NCBI GenBank assembly: GCA_045649345.1
Contig: JAZRPS010000018.1
Coordinates: 2,280 to 66,279, forward strand
From: Candidatus Enterousia sp.
Lineage (GTDB): Bacteria > Pseudomonadota > Alphaproteobacteria > Rs-D84
Reading direction: 5' to 3'
Length of the DNA stretch: 64,000 nt
The notes below the pieces were generated by a model, which made no database searches, was not told the origin of the DNA, and worked only from the letters and a program-made list of their open reading frames with translations. How positions within the stretch are numbered: position 1 is the first letter of the stretch; each line of letters starts with the position of its first letter. A program made the position numbers and the translations under genes. Below, piece by piece: positions 48,071 to 57,155 of the stretch.

Positions 48071-49045
48071 ATGAAAGCATACCTAGATATTCTAAGCGAC
48101 ATTTATAAAAAGCGTTACACATCTGACGTTCGCAATAATCGTACCGGCATTCCCGATATCGGAATTGGTCACGGCGCAACATTTGTTCACGATATGGACA
48201 TGGGATTCCCACTAATTACAACAAAAAAAATGGGACTAAAAAATATTGCAACAGAACTAGAATTTTTCCTATACGGAATAACCGACAAAAAATGGCTGAC
48301 CGACCGCAACTGCAAAATCTGGAACGAATGGGCAAATCCAATCAAAGTCGAACAAGAATACAACACGCGAATGGACGCGCTAAAACACCTTAACATAACA
48401 CCACCCGACAAGAGCAAACAAATAGTCCGCAATTCTATCATGGACAAAGAGCGCGACCTGGGGCCAATCTATGGATTCCAATGGCGTCACTTTGGTGGCG
48501 AATATCAGTGGGACGAAAATCGCATTGAACGCAATCCGACAGATAATTTTAACCCACATAAACCAGGTATCGACCAAGTCGCAAACGCGATTGATAAAAT
48601 AAAGAACAATCCAAACGACCGTCGTATTATTGTATCTGCGTGGAATCCGGTTGACTTTCCACAAATGGCATTACCACCATGCCACATGATGCACCAATTA
48701 ATTGTACGCGACGGCAAATTGAATTTAATTTGGACCCAACGGTCATGCGATATGTTCTTGGGCATTCCATATAATATCGCCAGTTATGCACTGTTGTTGT
48801 TGCTATACGCCAAAGAGGCGGGCTTAAAACCCGGCATTCTAAAAGGCGAATTACACGACGCACACATTTACACAAACCATCTGCCCCAGGTTGAAAAACA
48901 ATTGCAACGCAAACCACTACCATTACCAACCGTTGAAATACCAGATGAAAATTGGCACGGCATGTTAAATTGGCATGCAAATGATGGTTTTAAACTAAAA
49001 GACTATGTTTGTCACGAACGCCTGCGTGGCGACGTCGCCCGATAA
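48071..49045 (+). CDS. thyA: thymidylate synthase (ThyA) with insertions
   Basis: LGPIYGFQWRHF, DRRIIVSAWNP, LPPCHMMHQL and RSCDMFLGIPYNIASYALL motifs. 324 aa. Confidence 0.93.
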   Translation: MKAYLDILSDIYKKRYTSDVRNNRTGIPDIGIGHGATFVHDMDMGFPLITTKKMGLKNIATELEFFLYGITDKKWLTDRNCKIWNEWANPIKVEQEYNTRMDALKHLNITPPDKSKQIVRNSIMDKERDLGPIYGFQWRHFGGEYQWDENRIERNPTDNFNPHKPGIDQVANAIDKIKNNPNDRRIIVSAWNPVDFPQMALPPCHMMHQLIVRDGKLNLIWTQRSCDMFLGIPYNIASYALLLLLYAKEAGLKPGILKGELHDAHIYTNHLPQVEKQLQRKPLPLPTVEIPDENWHGMLNWHANDGFKLKDYVCHERLRGDVAR

Positions 49046-49047
49046 AC

Positions 49048-49071
49048 AAATCCCCCATTTGGGGGATTTTT
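49048..49071. terminator. bidirectional terminator AAATCCCCC-attt-GGGGGATTT
   Basis: Same family as above. It sits between thyA and the small minus-strand gene. Confidence 0.8.
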
Positions 49072-49092
49072 GTTCTATTCTTGAAAAAGAAT

Positions 49093-49362
49093 CTATCTAT
49101 TTTTTTGCGTCAGCTCTGCTAACTTCTTTTGCGAAACCGTATCCTTGGACTTTCCCCGTGCACGCTTTTTATGTTTATTCTTTAACATTCTTGCACGCAA
49201 TTTCATTGCCCCATACGTAAATCCAGCACCACCAACCGCACCAGCCGTCGCAGCCCCTGCAACAGCAGCCGTAGAAACAGCAGCACCAGTTCCAAAACCA
49301 ATTGCACCGCCAGCAACCAAACCAGCAGCACCAATCGCAACCGGTATCAAAGGCACAACCAT
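49093..49362 (-). CDS. small Gly/Ala-rich membrane protein with Lys/Arg-rich tail (89 aa)
   Basis: Strong RBS aaggaggag. N-terminus VPLIPVAIGAAGLVAGGAIGFGTGAAV.. looks like a glycine zipper. Basic tail KNKHKKRARGKSK. Confidence 0.7.
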   Translation of the reverse strand: MVVPLIPVAIGAAGLVAGGAIGFGTGAAVSTAAVAGAATAGAVGGAGFTYGAMKLRARMLKNKHKKRARGKSKDTVSQKKLAELTQKNR

Positions 49363-49431
49363 TATACTCCTCCTTTCTCATACAATTTCACATCTCACAT
49401 TATAACATTTATTGATAAATATTACAAACTT

Positions 49432-49456
49432 AAAATCCCCCAAACGGGGGATTTGT
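49432..49456. terminator. bidirectional terminator AAAATCCCCC-aaac-GGGGGATTT
   Basis: Lies between the start side of the small gene and the stop of the 744-aa gene. Confidence 0.8.
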
Positions 49457-49458
49457 TT

Positions 49459-51693
49459 TTACATTGGTGGGAAACATTCGTCTGTCCCATCTGCACAACA
49501 CAAACCATCAACAAATGTTTCACCAGCACAGCAACCATTCATATCAGGTGCATTACCATCAGAACAAACTTCCTGTTCCACATCATCTGCATCTATCGCA
49601 CCAACAACCACTGGTTCTGAATAATCAACCACAGGCGCATCAACGACAACCGCTTCTTCAACAGTATCCACCGCATCTGTTTCATATTCTTCATCTGCGA
49701 CAAACATTTTTTCTTGTTGCGAAACATTATAAACAGGTTTCGATGCGATTATTTCTGCCACAGATTTTGTTTCAGCAGGTGCGACAACCTCGTCTGACAA
49801 GAATGGCGAATCTGATATATCTTCAACCTCATCATTAATCACCACTTCTTCTGGCGTATCTGTCACAACCGGCACCACAACAGGCTCAACATCTGGGAAT
49901 ACAGCGGCATTAATATCAACCACATCATCTGCATCTTCTTGCACCACAACAGATTCTGATGACTGCTGTTCCATCTGGGGTTGTTCCGTCGTTTCAACCA
50001 CATCTTCACCATCTGCAACAATATCAACTGTGTCTATATCTGATTTTTCTTCGGTCGCGTCATCAACAATAAACGGCGACACATCATCTGTTGCTTCCTT
50101 TTCTGGCACAACATCTTCTTTTTGCTCTTCTTCTGCCACCACTGTGCTTGGCACTTCCTCTACTGCTTCAACCTTAGCATCCAGGGCAGGGACATTCATA
50201 TCAGGGGTCGATTTTTGATAAAACCACAACGTAAACACAGACAAAATAATCAGCACCACCAACAACAAATAATACAATTTCGTCGGTTTGCGACGGGTTG
50301 CACCAACAGCTGAAACCGCCCCAGTAATTGGCGACACAGGACGCGCGTCTGGCACAGTTGGCGCGGGTTCAATTTCTGGCATCGGTGTCGGTGCCGACTC
50401 TTCAACAATTTCCTGAACTGTTGGTTCTGTATATTCAGGCACAGGCTCAACAGGGAACACAGGCTCCGAATAAACCGGTGCTTCTGTCTTTGTCACAACA
50501 GATGTCTCAGACGGGACATCTGGAATATCTGTAAATCCAGGAATATCAACCGTTGCCATTAATTCAGAATCAATATGTTCAGACTGCTGGGACGGCACAG
50601 ACGTCAACGAATTTAGCACTGGTGCCGTGTCTTCCACCGGAATACCATCAGATGCACGAACAGGCGGCGCAAACGACAGTGGCTGAACAGCACCCTTCGT
50701 TTCAATATCAATGTCATCATGTGCAACAGGCGCAGGTTTAACCTCATCACCAGACGTTGCACCAAAATCAATTGGTTTAAACGCTATATTTTCATCCAAG
50801 ATTTCTGGATCTTCATCAAATAATGGTTTTACTTCTTCATCGGCCATATCATCTGCCTTTGTTTGTATGGTTAAATCTGTAAATTGTGGTGACGACGTCA
50901 TTGGCACAGACGGATCCTTGACCACCGCAACATCTGTTGTTGCCGGCATCGCAGGCAATTCATAATCTGTACCGTCATTCATCGCCACAAAATCATCCAA
51001 CGTTTCCAAGATGTCACGCGCGACATCCGCATCTTCTTCGGCTGCAACCAATCTGCGTTGCGCACTAACCAAGCGCTTTTTAGAACGCGCCATCTTTTCA
51101 TTTATTGCATCAATTTGCGCCTCTGTCTTTAATATCTTAGACGCCGATTGTTTTGTTGGTTCTTTACCAACCTTTTTACGTTGCGCCGTTAATTTGGAAC
51201 GCAAGTCCTTTAATTTTTCCTGCTGTTCCGCAATCGTTTGCTTGGTCTTTTCGATTGTTTCGCGCGCGTTCCCGGCGGTTATTTCCGCCACCCCCAGACG
51301 TTCAAACGCGGCACGACGCGACGCATCATTTCTGAATATCTCCAACTGCTTTAACGCACCGGCAACATCTTTGTCATCATCGTATGCGCGAAACAGGTTG
51401 TCATAAACCCCCAGTCCTGTATACTCTATATCCAGTTTTTGATATTTATTGTCCTTTTTTGGACGAACACTTTCCAAATCGACATCATAATCATTGACCA
51501 GAATATCATCCCATTTGCGATTCCCAACAGGATTCGTCACCAACAAAACATTCGGTTTAGTATCGCTAGTCGCAAAATCCAAGACGCAAACCAACTTTCC
51601 ATCTGCATCATAATACGCGCGCATATAGCCGCCAGAAATATCATATTCGACAATTTTCAAAGCACCGTTAAAATTCTCTCTCTCGTTCGGCAT
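49459..51693 (-). CDS. large bitopic protein: N-terminal domain + coiled coil + TM + long acidic region + C-terminal Cys cluster
   Basis: ATG at 51693 is best spaced from the ggggag RBS. TM LYYLLLVVLIILSVFTLWFY. D/E/V-rich region. The protein ends CSDGNAPDMNGCCAGETFVDGLCCADGTDECFPPM. Confidence 0.8.
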   Translation of the reverse strand: MPNERENFNGALKIVEYDISGGYMRAYYDADGKLVCVLDFATSDTKPNVLLVTNPVGNRKWDDILVNDYDVDLESVRPKKDNKYQKLDIEYTGLGVYDNLFRAYDDDKDVAGALKQLEIFRNDASRRAAFERLGVAEITAGNARETIEKTKQTIAEQQEKLKDLRSKLTAQRKKVGKEPTKQSASKILKTEAQIDAINEKMARSKKRLVSAQRRLVAAEEDADVARDILETLDDFVAMNDGTDYELPAMPATTDVAVVKDPSVPMTSSPQFTDLTIQTKADDMADEEVKPLFDEDPEILDENIAFKPIDFGATSGDEVKPAPVAHDDIDIETKGAVQPLSFAPPVRASDGIPVEDTAPVLNSLTSVPSQQSEHIDSELMATVDIPGFTDIPDVPSETSVVTKTEAPVYSEPVFPVEPVPEYTEPTVQEIVEESAPTPMPEIEPAPTVPDARPVSPITGAVSAVGATRRKPTKLYYLLLVVLIILSVFTLWFYQKSTPDMNVPALDAKVEAVEEVPSTVVAEEEQKEDVVPEKEATDDVSPFIVDDATEEKSDIDTVDIVADGEDVVETTEQPQMEQQSSESVVVQEDADDVVDINAAVFPDVEPVVVPVVTDTPEEVVINDEVEDISDSPFLSDEVVAPAETKSVAEIIASKPVYNVSQQEKMFVADEEYETDAVDTVEEAVVVDAPVVDYSEPVVVGAIDADDVEQEVCSDGNAPDMNGCCAGETFVDGLCCADGTDECFPPM

Positions 51694-51714
51694 ACGCATA
51701 CTCCCCAATTGTTT

Positions 51715-52323
51715 TTATTTCTTTTTTGGTGGCGCGAACTGATAAGCCTGCTTACAATGCTCATAACAATACGGTTTGCCCACAAAAACCGTTTCGCCAC
51801 AAAAATGGAAATGTTCAGAATCAGGATCGCCGATCGGCCACCGACACTGATTTGGTTTTAAACTTGCCATTTCCAAGGAATGCTGAATAATCCGCTGATG
51901 CATTGCCAAGTTTTTCGCACTTGTTTTCGCCGACACTGTCTTGCATTCTGTATTCTTTGGCGTCGCAATTTTCTTTTCAATCGGCGCCTTTTTTGCAACA
52001 ACAGATTTCTTTGGCTCAGCTTTTTTTGTCACCACCTTCTTTGCAGCTGGTTTTTTTGCTGCGACAACTGCCGTCTTCTTTGCAACCGTTTTTTTTGCCA
52101 CCGCCTCTTTCACAGACGTTTTTTTCGTTGCAGTATTCTTTTCTTTCAACGGTTCTGCCTTGGCTGCGCCACCTGCCTTGGCATTCCAGCCCAGACGATT
52201 CAGTTTACCAACAATGGCATTTTTTGACATTCCCAAACGCTTGCCAATCTCAGCTGTCGACAACCCCTTGCCAGTCAAAGCCTTTAACTTTTTTAACGCG
52301 ACACTATCCCAACCCTTGCTCAT
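51715..52323 (-). CDS. gcrA: cell-cycle transcriptional regulator GcrA
   Basis: N-terminus W..V.LKKLKAL...GLSTAEIGKRLG.SKNAIVGKLNRLGW. C-terminus CRWPIGDPDSEHFHFCG...PYCYEHCKQAYQ. Lys/Ala-rich linker. Confidence 0.9.
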   Translation of the reverse strand: MSKGWDSVALKKLKALTGKGLSTAEIGKRLGMSKNAIVGKLNRLGWNAKAGGAAKAEPLKEKNTATKKTSVKEAVAKKTVAKKTAVVAAKKPAAKKVVTKKAEPKKSVVAKKAPIEKKIATPKNTECKTVSAKTSAKNLAMHQRIIQHSLEMASLKPNQCRWPIGDPDSEHFHFCGETVFVGKPYCYEHCKQAYQFAPPKKK

Positions 52324-52394
52324 TTTACAAAACCCTTGTTATACATTATGATATTAGTGTAGCATATATTCGATTCGAAAGGCAAGGGGGAAAA

Positions 52395-52865
52395 ATGTTT
52401 TTACAAATATTTTTCATTTTTTTAATTCTGGGTGCAATTTGTCTGGCAACAAAGATTTCAATTGCAGATTTTAAGCGTCGCATCATACCAGATGCATATT
52501 TATTTCCACTGATGCTGATTGGCCTGATTTTAATTGTATTTTTCAGATTTCCAACAAGCATTGCTGACGCAGTTATTGGTGCCACGTCTGGTTATTTACT
52601 GGCGACATTTGTCGGATTCATATTTGATTACTATATGCACAAAAACAACGACACAATTACCCCACCAATTGGCATGGGCGACATAAAGCTAATTGGGGTC
52701 GGTGGATTATGGCTGGGGACAACAGGATTGGCAATTTCATTAATTATTGCATGCATATCCGGTGCAGTTTGGGCATATTGTCGACACGAAAAATACATCC
52801 CTTTTGCACCATTCTTTTTACTTGGTGGATTTTTATCTTTGATTACAATTCACATTTTGTTATAA
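52395..52865 (+). CDS. A24-family prepilin peptidase (CpaA/TadV-like, no methyltransferase domain)
   Basis: 156 aa and polytopic. IADFKRRIIPD and GMGDIKL carry the two catalytic Asp motifs. RBS aaggggg. Confidence 0.85.
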   Translation: MFLQIFFIFLILGAICLATKISIADFKRRIIPDAYLFPLMLIGLILIVFFRFPTSIADAVIGATSGYLLATFVGFIFDYYMHKNNDTITPPIGMGDIKLIGVGGLWLGTTGLAISLIIACISGAVWAYCRHEKYIPFAPFFLLGGFLSLITIHILL

Positions 52866-52888
52866 TACACACATACAAGGGAACAGGA

Positions 52889-53764
52889 ATGAGAGTAAAT
52901 TCATCTATATTCTTTGCAATATCTGCATTAATTTTGACGTCTGCATATGCGGCGGGCCCCGTTCCATTTTCGCAATATGGCGTAATTCAGAACGTACAAA
53001 ACTATTCAACAAACCCATATTGGGACGCAAACGGTCCATACAATCAACGCCTGCCACAGCCTGTTTATGTCCAAGGCGTTCAGATAGAAACTGCCGAATG
53101 TCAACAGGTTGTTGCCGGTCTGGTTGCAACCCAATGTGCCATGCGCAACAATTGTCGCGACGCACGGCTTAGTGATATTCGCCCCGGCGTAATGTTGCAA
53201 CTGTCACAAATCCCCAGTGGGAATTATGCAACGGCATGTGCCGGCTATATCGACAGTGCATTTGATAACTATGTAAAACAATATGGTTATGCAATGCCAA
53301 CCGGCGTTGAACAGTTTCCTGACGCCATTGTTGAGGAGCCTGCACCCCAAATTGAATTTCAAAATCCATACAAGAAATCTGCCCCAGATTGGGCGACTGA
53401 GATGATGGAACGCAAACAAGAACTATTAGATTTACAGGCACAAAATGGCGCAAATCAAATCGAATTAACCAAAACAGAATTTCCAACCATATTTGCAGAC
53501 CTGTCATTCCAAGATCGTATGAACAACCTGGCGACTGGTTATGAACCGTACAAGGACAAAAAGGCATACATTCCAATCAAGGTTGAAGACAAGGCGTCAT
53601 ATCTGGAACGCAGAAAAAAGATTGAAGAACTGGAACAACAGCGCGCCTGTTTAAACAAAAAAACAGAATTTGACAAAATGATTGTCGCATTAAACGCAAT
53701 ACGTAAATGTCGCGCAAACAAAACACCAAAATCAAAATGTGACGGAATCAAAGATTATTTATGA
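52889..53764 (+). CDS. hypothetical secreted protein (operon gene 2)
   Basis: Signal MRVNSSIFFAISALILTSAYA. Several Cys residues. Coiled-coil C-terminal half. Confidence 0.75.
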   Translation: MRVNSSIFFAISALILTSAYAAGPVPFSQYGVIQNVQNYSTNPYWDANGPYNQRLPQPVYVQGVQIETAECQQVVAGLVATQCAMRNNCRDARLSDIRPGVMLQLSQIPSGNYATACAGYIDSAFDNYVKQYGYAMPTGVEQFPDAIVEEPAPQIEFQNPYKKSAPDWATEMMERKQELLDLQAQNGANQIELTKTEFPTIFADLSFQDRMNNLATGYEPYKDKKAYIPIKVEDKASYLERRKKIEELEQQRACLNKKTEFDKMIVALNAIRKCRANKTPKSKCDGIKDYL

Positions 53765-54288
53765 CAAAACGTTTCATTTGTTATTTCATGACTTTTCTTG
53801 CCGGGGCAACATGCACCAAGGTTTCGTTTGCATCAAACACCGTTGCAAATACAGCAAACACTGTTGCAAACGTTGCCAGCACTGTCGCGAATACTGCAAA
53901 CACCATTGCAAATACAGCGAACGCTATCACAAACACTGCAAATACCGCAACACCACAATATGTATTGGTTCAGCCTGCGACAACAAATTCACAAACCGCG
54001 ACACAAACTGCTGCGGAACCATCAATGCTGAGTGTAAACGACGAATACACCGACATTGTCAAAAAAATTGATGCCGAAATGGATGTGATTATGGCAGAAT
54101 GTTCATCACTGGGGCTAAAAAAACCAGAATTCTTGACTGGCACCCAACAACAAAATACGGGTCAACAATCCAACGCCGGAACCAATGGACAATCATCTTC
54201 TGGCGGTGGTGACAGTTCATCGTCAGGTGGCGAAACACCTGGTGGGGATTCAACAACCAACAACGACGAAATTGTATTTTACCTATGA
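53761..54288 (+). CDS. hypothetical secreted protein with N-T-V-A-N-T-A heptad repeats and Gly/Ser-rich tail (operon gene 3)
   Basis: ATGA overlap with the previous gene. Signal-like MTKRFICYFMTFLAGATC. 21-bp repeats at 53836..53949. Confidence 0.75.
   Translation: MTKRFICYFMTFLAGATCTKVSFASNTVANTANTVANVASTVANTANTIANTANAITNTANTATPQYVLVQPATTNSQTATQTAAEPSMLSVNDEYTDIVKKIDAEMDVIMAECSSLGLKKPEFLTGTQQQNTGQQSNAGTNGQSSSGGGDSSSSGGETPGGDSTTNNDEIVFYL
53836..53949 (+). repeat. imperfect 21-bp tandem repeat, about 5.4 units, in frame
   Basis: Encodes NTVANTA NTVANVA STVANTA NTIANTA NAITNTA NTA. Confidence 0.85.
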
Positions 54289-55340
54289 CCATGAAAACGA
54301 TAACACGATTTTTATCAACATTTTTCTTATTTTGCGCCATTGTCACAAACGCCAATGCCGATGCCATGACCGATTGCATGGCAACAATTGGCGCCAACCA
54401 AGAGACATTTATTAAACCACTTAGTACAGAAATTTTTCCAAACACCACTAAACTAGAAGAAAGTATAGTTAAGAAAAATCGTGCAAAAATCCTAACATTA
54501 ATCGCTGGAAATATTTTTACACAATGCAATAAACAGCTTGCTGAACTACAATCCGCACAAAAAGGCAAATTATCATTTGTATTAAACAATCAAAAATATG
54601 CATTTGTATTTAATCCCAAAGACGTTTTTGAATTTTTAGACCTGCGCACAGGAATAATGGTTTATAACAATCGTACCAGGACAGCAGGCGACGTTATACA
54701 AGTTGGCGATATAAAAAAATTATATTGGTCTGACGAATGTTCTGACCACACAATATGGGACAATCTGGATGACGATGCCGCCGTTAATAAAGCCGGACAA
54801 AAATCATTCGCATCATACGGCGGTTCTGACAATGAATACTTCCTTGATTTCGAAGAAGGAAACAACCGTCGCGCATTCCCAGGTCTGGTTTTAATGGACG
54901 AAACAAGTTCAACAACCGAAAAAATCGTCACATTTACAGATTTGACATCCGCCATTGATGCCGCACAAAGATTTCAATCTGCATTAAAAAATTCTGCATG
55001 CAGTTCCCAGGGATTGGCAGTCTATGTGGTTGGACTAGATGTAAAAAAAGACAACACCAACAAAGACGGTTGGGCATTAGGCGCATCGATTGGCGGTGGC
55101 GTAATGGCATTCGCAGGTCTTGCCACCGCATTATCCGCATCAACAATTGTTGCGGCTACAGGCAGCATGGCATTAGTAAACGCAACACTTGCTGTTGCTG
55201 GGGCTGCATCCACTGTCCCTGTTGCCGGGTGGATTGTTGCCGGGGTCGCCGTTGCAGCGGTTGGCGTCATTTCCCTTGTTCCCGGAACGATAGAAGAACT
55301 AAACCAAGTAATGGTTATCGCAGGACCATATAATATATGA
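54285..55340 (+). CDS. hypothetical exported protein with ~75-aa Gly/Ala-rich hydrophobic C-terminus (operon gene 4)
   Basis: ATGA overlap with the previous gene. Signal ..FLSTFFLFCAIVTNANA. C-terminus GWALGASIGGGVMAFAGLATAL...VAGWIVAGVAVAAVGVISLV. Confidence 0.75.
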   Translation: MTMKTITRFLSTFFLFCAIVTNANADAMTDCMATIGANQETFIKPLSTEIFPNTTKLEESIVKKNRAKILTLIAGNIFTQCNKQLAELQSAQKGKLSFVLNNQKYAFVFNPKDVFEFLDLRTGIMVYNNRTRTAGDVIQVGDIKKLYWSDECSDHTIWDNLDDDAAVNKAGQKSFASYGGSDNEYFLDFEEGNNRRAFPGLVLMDETSSTTEKIVTFTDLTSAIDAAQRFQSALKNSACSSQGLAVYVVGLDVKKDNTNKDGWALGASIGGGVMAFAGLATALSASTIVAATGSMALVNATLAVAGAASTVPVAGWIVAGVAVAAVGVISLVPGTIEELNQVMVIAGPYNI

Positions 55341-55349
55341 TATTAAGAA

Positions 55350-57155
55350 ATGAAAAAACTTATATTCATTTTTATCGCTTTATTTTCTATCTCAGCGTTT
55401 GCAAATACAGACGTGACGGCGACACCCGTCACCGCAACAGCGTCTGAGGCAGCATCACTTGTCGGCGACGGCACAACACCGGACGGGTACGATGACGCAA
55501 TGACCGTCGATGATATTTTATATACACCACCATCACAAACAGAATGTGCAACGAAAATATTTGCAGATGCACTGGCACAAAACGCAAACAGTGTAAAAGA
55601 AAGCGATCCAGAACATATCGTACAAACATGGATTCAGCAAACATTATCCCAGGGTGATGTATTAACAAAAGTTTTAACATGCCCAGAAATTACCAGCATT
55701 GCCGAAGATGAAACAATTAAATTCCAACCAATTCAATACACCTTTCCAGGCGGTCGTGAAATCGTCGTAAACTATGAAACACAACCAAAGGTTTTAAAAC
55801 AACGCCTGACACTGGCAACGAAACGCGGTTTGCCGTCCAATGACCCAAATCCACGCGTTGGCAGTATCGACGACACCGCCGTTTGGACAAATACAGACCC
55901 GGCATGGTATGCAATTATGGTGACCGAACACGGCGCACTGGACAATTTTGTTGGCCCCGATAAAAATAATACGATCTCGCTTGAATACATTAACGATCAT
56001 ATTGATGAACTATACCCAACTGCCATGTTTAACGGTGGAAACTGCACCAGTCGCAGTGCTCTGGCAGGCGATACAAACATGATTAATCGCGCTGTCACAA
56101 AAACAGTAAACATGAAAGAAACAACCGGCGAAGATGACACAAATGACTATTATGTCGCCGGCGATGTCAGCCTGCGATGGATTTCATATCTGGAAATCGC
56201 ACTTGATATTGTTATCACAGTCGTCACATTGGGTGGCGGAACCATTATTACCGGCGCCACCAAGGCGGCACGCGCATCCAAAGCGTTAAAGGGTATGAAA
56301 ACCACCCTGAATACACTAAAAACATCTGATAAGGTTATCGATTTTATCAAAACCACCCAACGTATCGATAAAATAACAGACGAAATAAAAGCATTGGACA
56401 AGGTTGCAGACGCAGCAAAAATCCTTGACAAAACCAAAGAATTGGACGCATTAAAAGATAATCTAAAAGCGCTTGATAATATTGACGACGTAAAAAAGTA
56501 TAAAGAAACCGTTGACACATATAAAAAATTAAACGCCTATCGACGCAGTCTGCGCCTGATGCGTCCGGCACAACGTGGCAATATTATCGCACGCGCAGTA
56601 CGTGCCGGCAAATCTGCGTGGTCTGGCAACAAATTAATTTCAAAGGGCGCAAAACTGGGACGCAGTGGCAAATTTTCTGGTCGTATTCGTGATTGGCTAT
56701 TTCAATCAACAATGCGAAATGCAGGTCGCCTTGGCAAGCTAGAGGCCACCGGCGGTATAATATACACCGCAACAAAAATCGCAGGCGACATGTACGATTG
56801 GACCGACACCAGCACTGGCGAATTTACCAGTGGGGTTGAATTCTCGCCATTGTTGCTGTTATCTGCCGACGATATAAAAGGGCAAGAAAATGTCATCAAT
56901 CACGGTATGTGGTTAATGTGGGTTGGCGACACACTAAACGCCGCCGATGATGATGCCGCATATTTACAGGCAATGGATTTTGCAGCCAAGGTTCACGAAG
57001 ACATAATGGAATTACAATCAGATTCAAACAGCCCCTGCAATATCGACATCTTTATTGTACGCCCAATTTTGCGTGACCCTGGGTCTGACACCGCCGCACT
57101 ATATTACTTGGTTATGACAGATACGCCATGGACAACCGCCGAACCAAACAAGTAA
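55350..57155 (+). CDS. hypothetical 601-aa protein: signal peptide, central TM, Lys-rich coiled coil, basic region (operon gene 5)
   Basis: Signal MKKLIFIFIALFSISAFA. TM WISYLEIALDIVITVVTLGGGTIITGA. Then KALD/KELD-type coiled coil. Confidence 0.78.
   Translation: MKKLIFIFIALFSISAFANTDVTATPVTATASEAASLVGDGTTPDGYDDAMTVDDILYTPPSQTECATKIFADALAQNANSVKESDPEHIVQTWIQQTLSQGDVLTKVLTCPEITSIAEDETIKFQPIQYTFPGGREIVVNYETQPKVLKQRLTLATKRGLPSNDPNPRVGSIDDTAVWTNTDPAWYAIMVTEHGALDNFVGPDKNNTISLEYINDHIDELYPTAMFNGGNCTSRSALAGDTNMINRAVTKTVNMKETTGEDDTNDYYVAGDVSLRWISYLEIALDIVITVVTLGGGTIITGATKAARASKALKGMKTTLNTLKTSDKVIDFIKTTQRIDKITDEIKALDKVADAAKILDKTKELDALKDNLKALDNIDDVKKYKETVDTYKKLNAYRRSLRLMRPAQRGNIIARAVRAGKSAWSGNKLISKGAKLGRSGKFSGRIRDWLFQSTMRNAGRLGKLEATGGIIYTATKIAGDMYDWTDTSTGEFTSGVEFSPLLLLSADDIKGQENVINHGMWLMWVGDTLNAADDDAAYLQAMDFAAKVHEDIMELQSDSNSPCNIDIFIVRPILRDPGSDTAALYYLVMTDTPWTTAEPNK

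Noticed and set aside
52324-52394. Hidden Flp or type IV pilin gene next to the prepilin peptidase
   Set aside because: The intergenic spaces are only 71 and 23 nt. No short ORF with a G/xxxxEY or G/FTLIE-type leader is visible, and the downstream N-termini look like Sec signals.
51903-52865. 320-aa track ORF, plus 51880..52227 and 51941..52351 on the plus strand
   Set aside because: Only the last 156 codons (from the ATG at 52395 with an aaggggg RBS) form the A24 peptidase. The upstream part is antisense to the Lys/Ala-rich linker of gcrA and translates to low-complexity Phe/Leu/Ser sequence.
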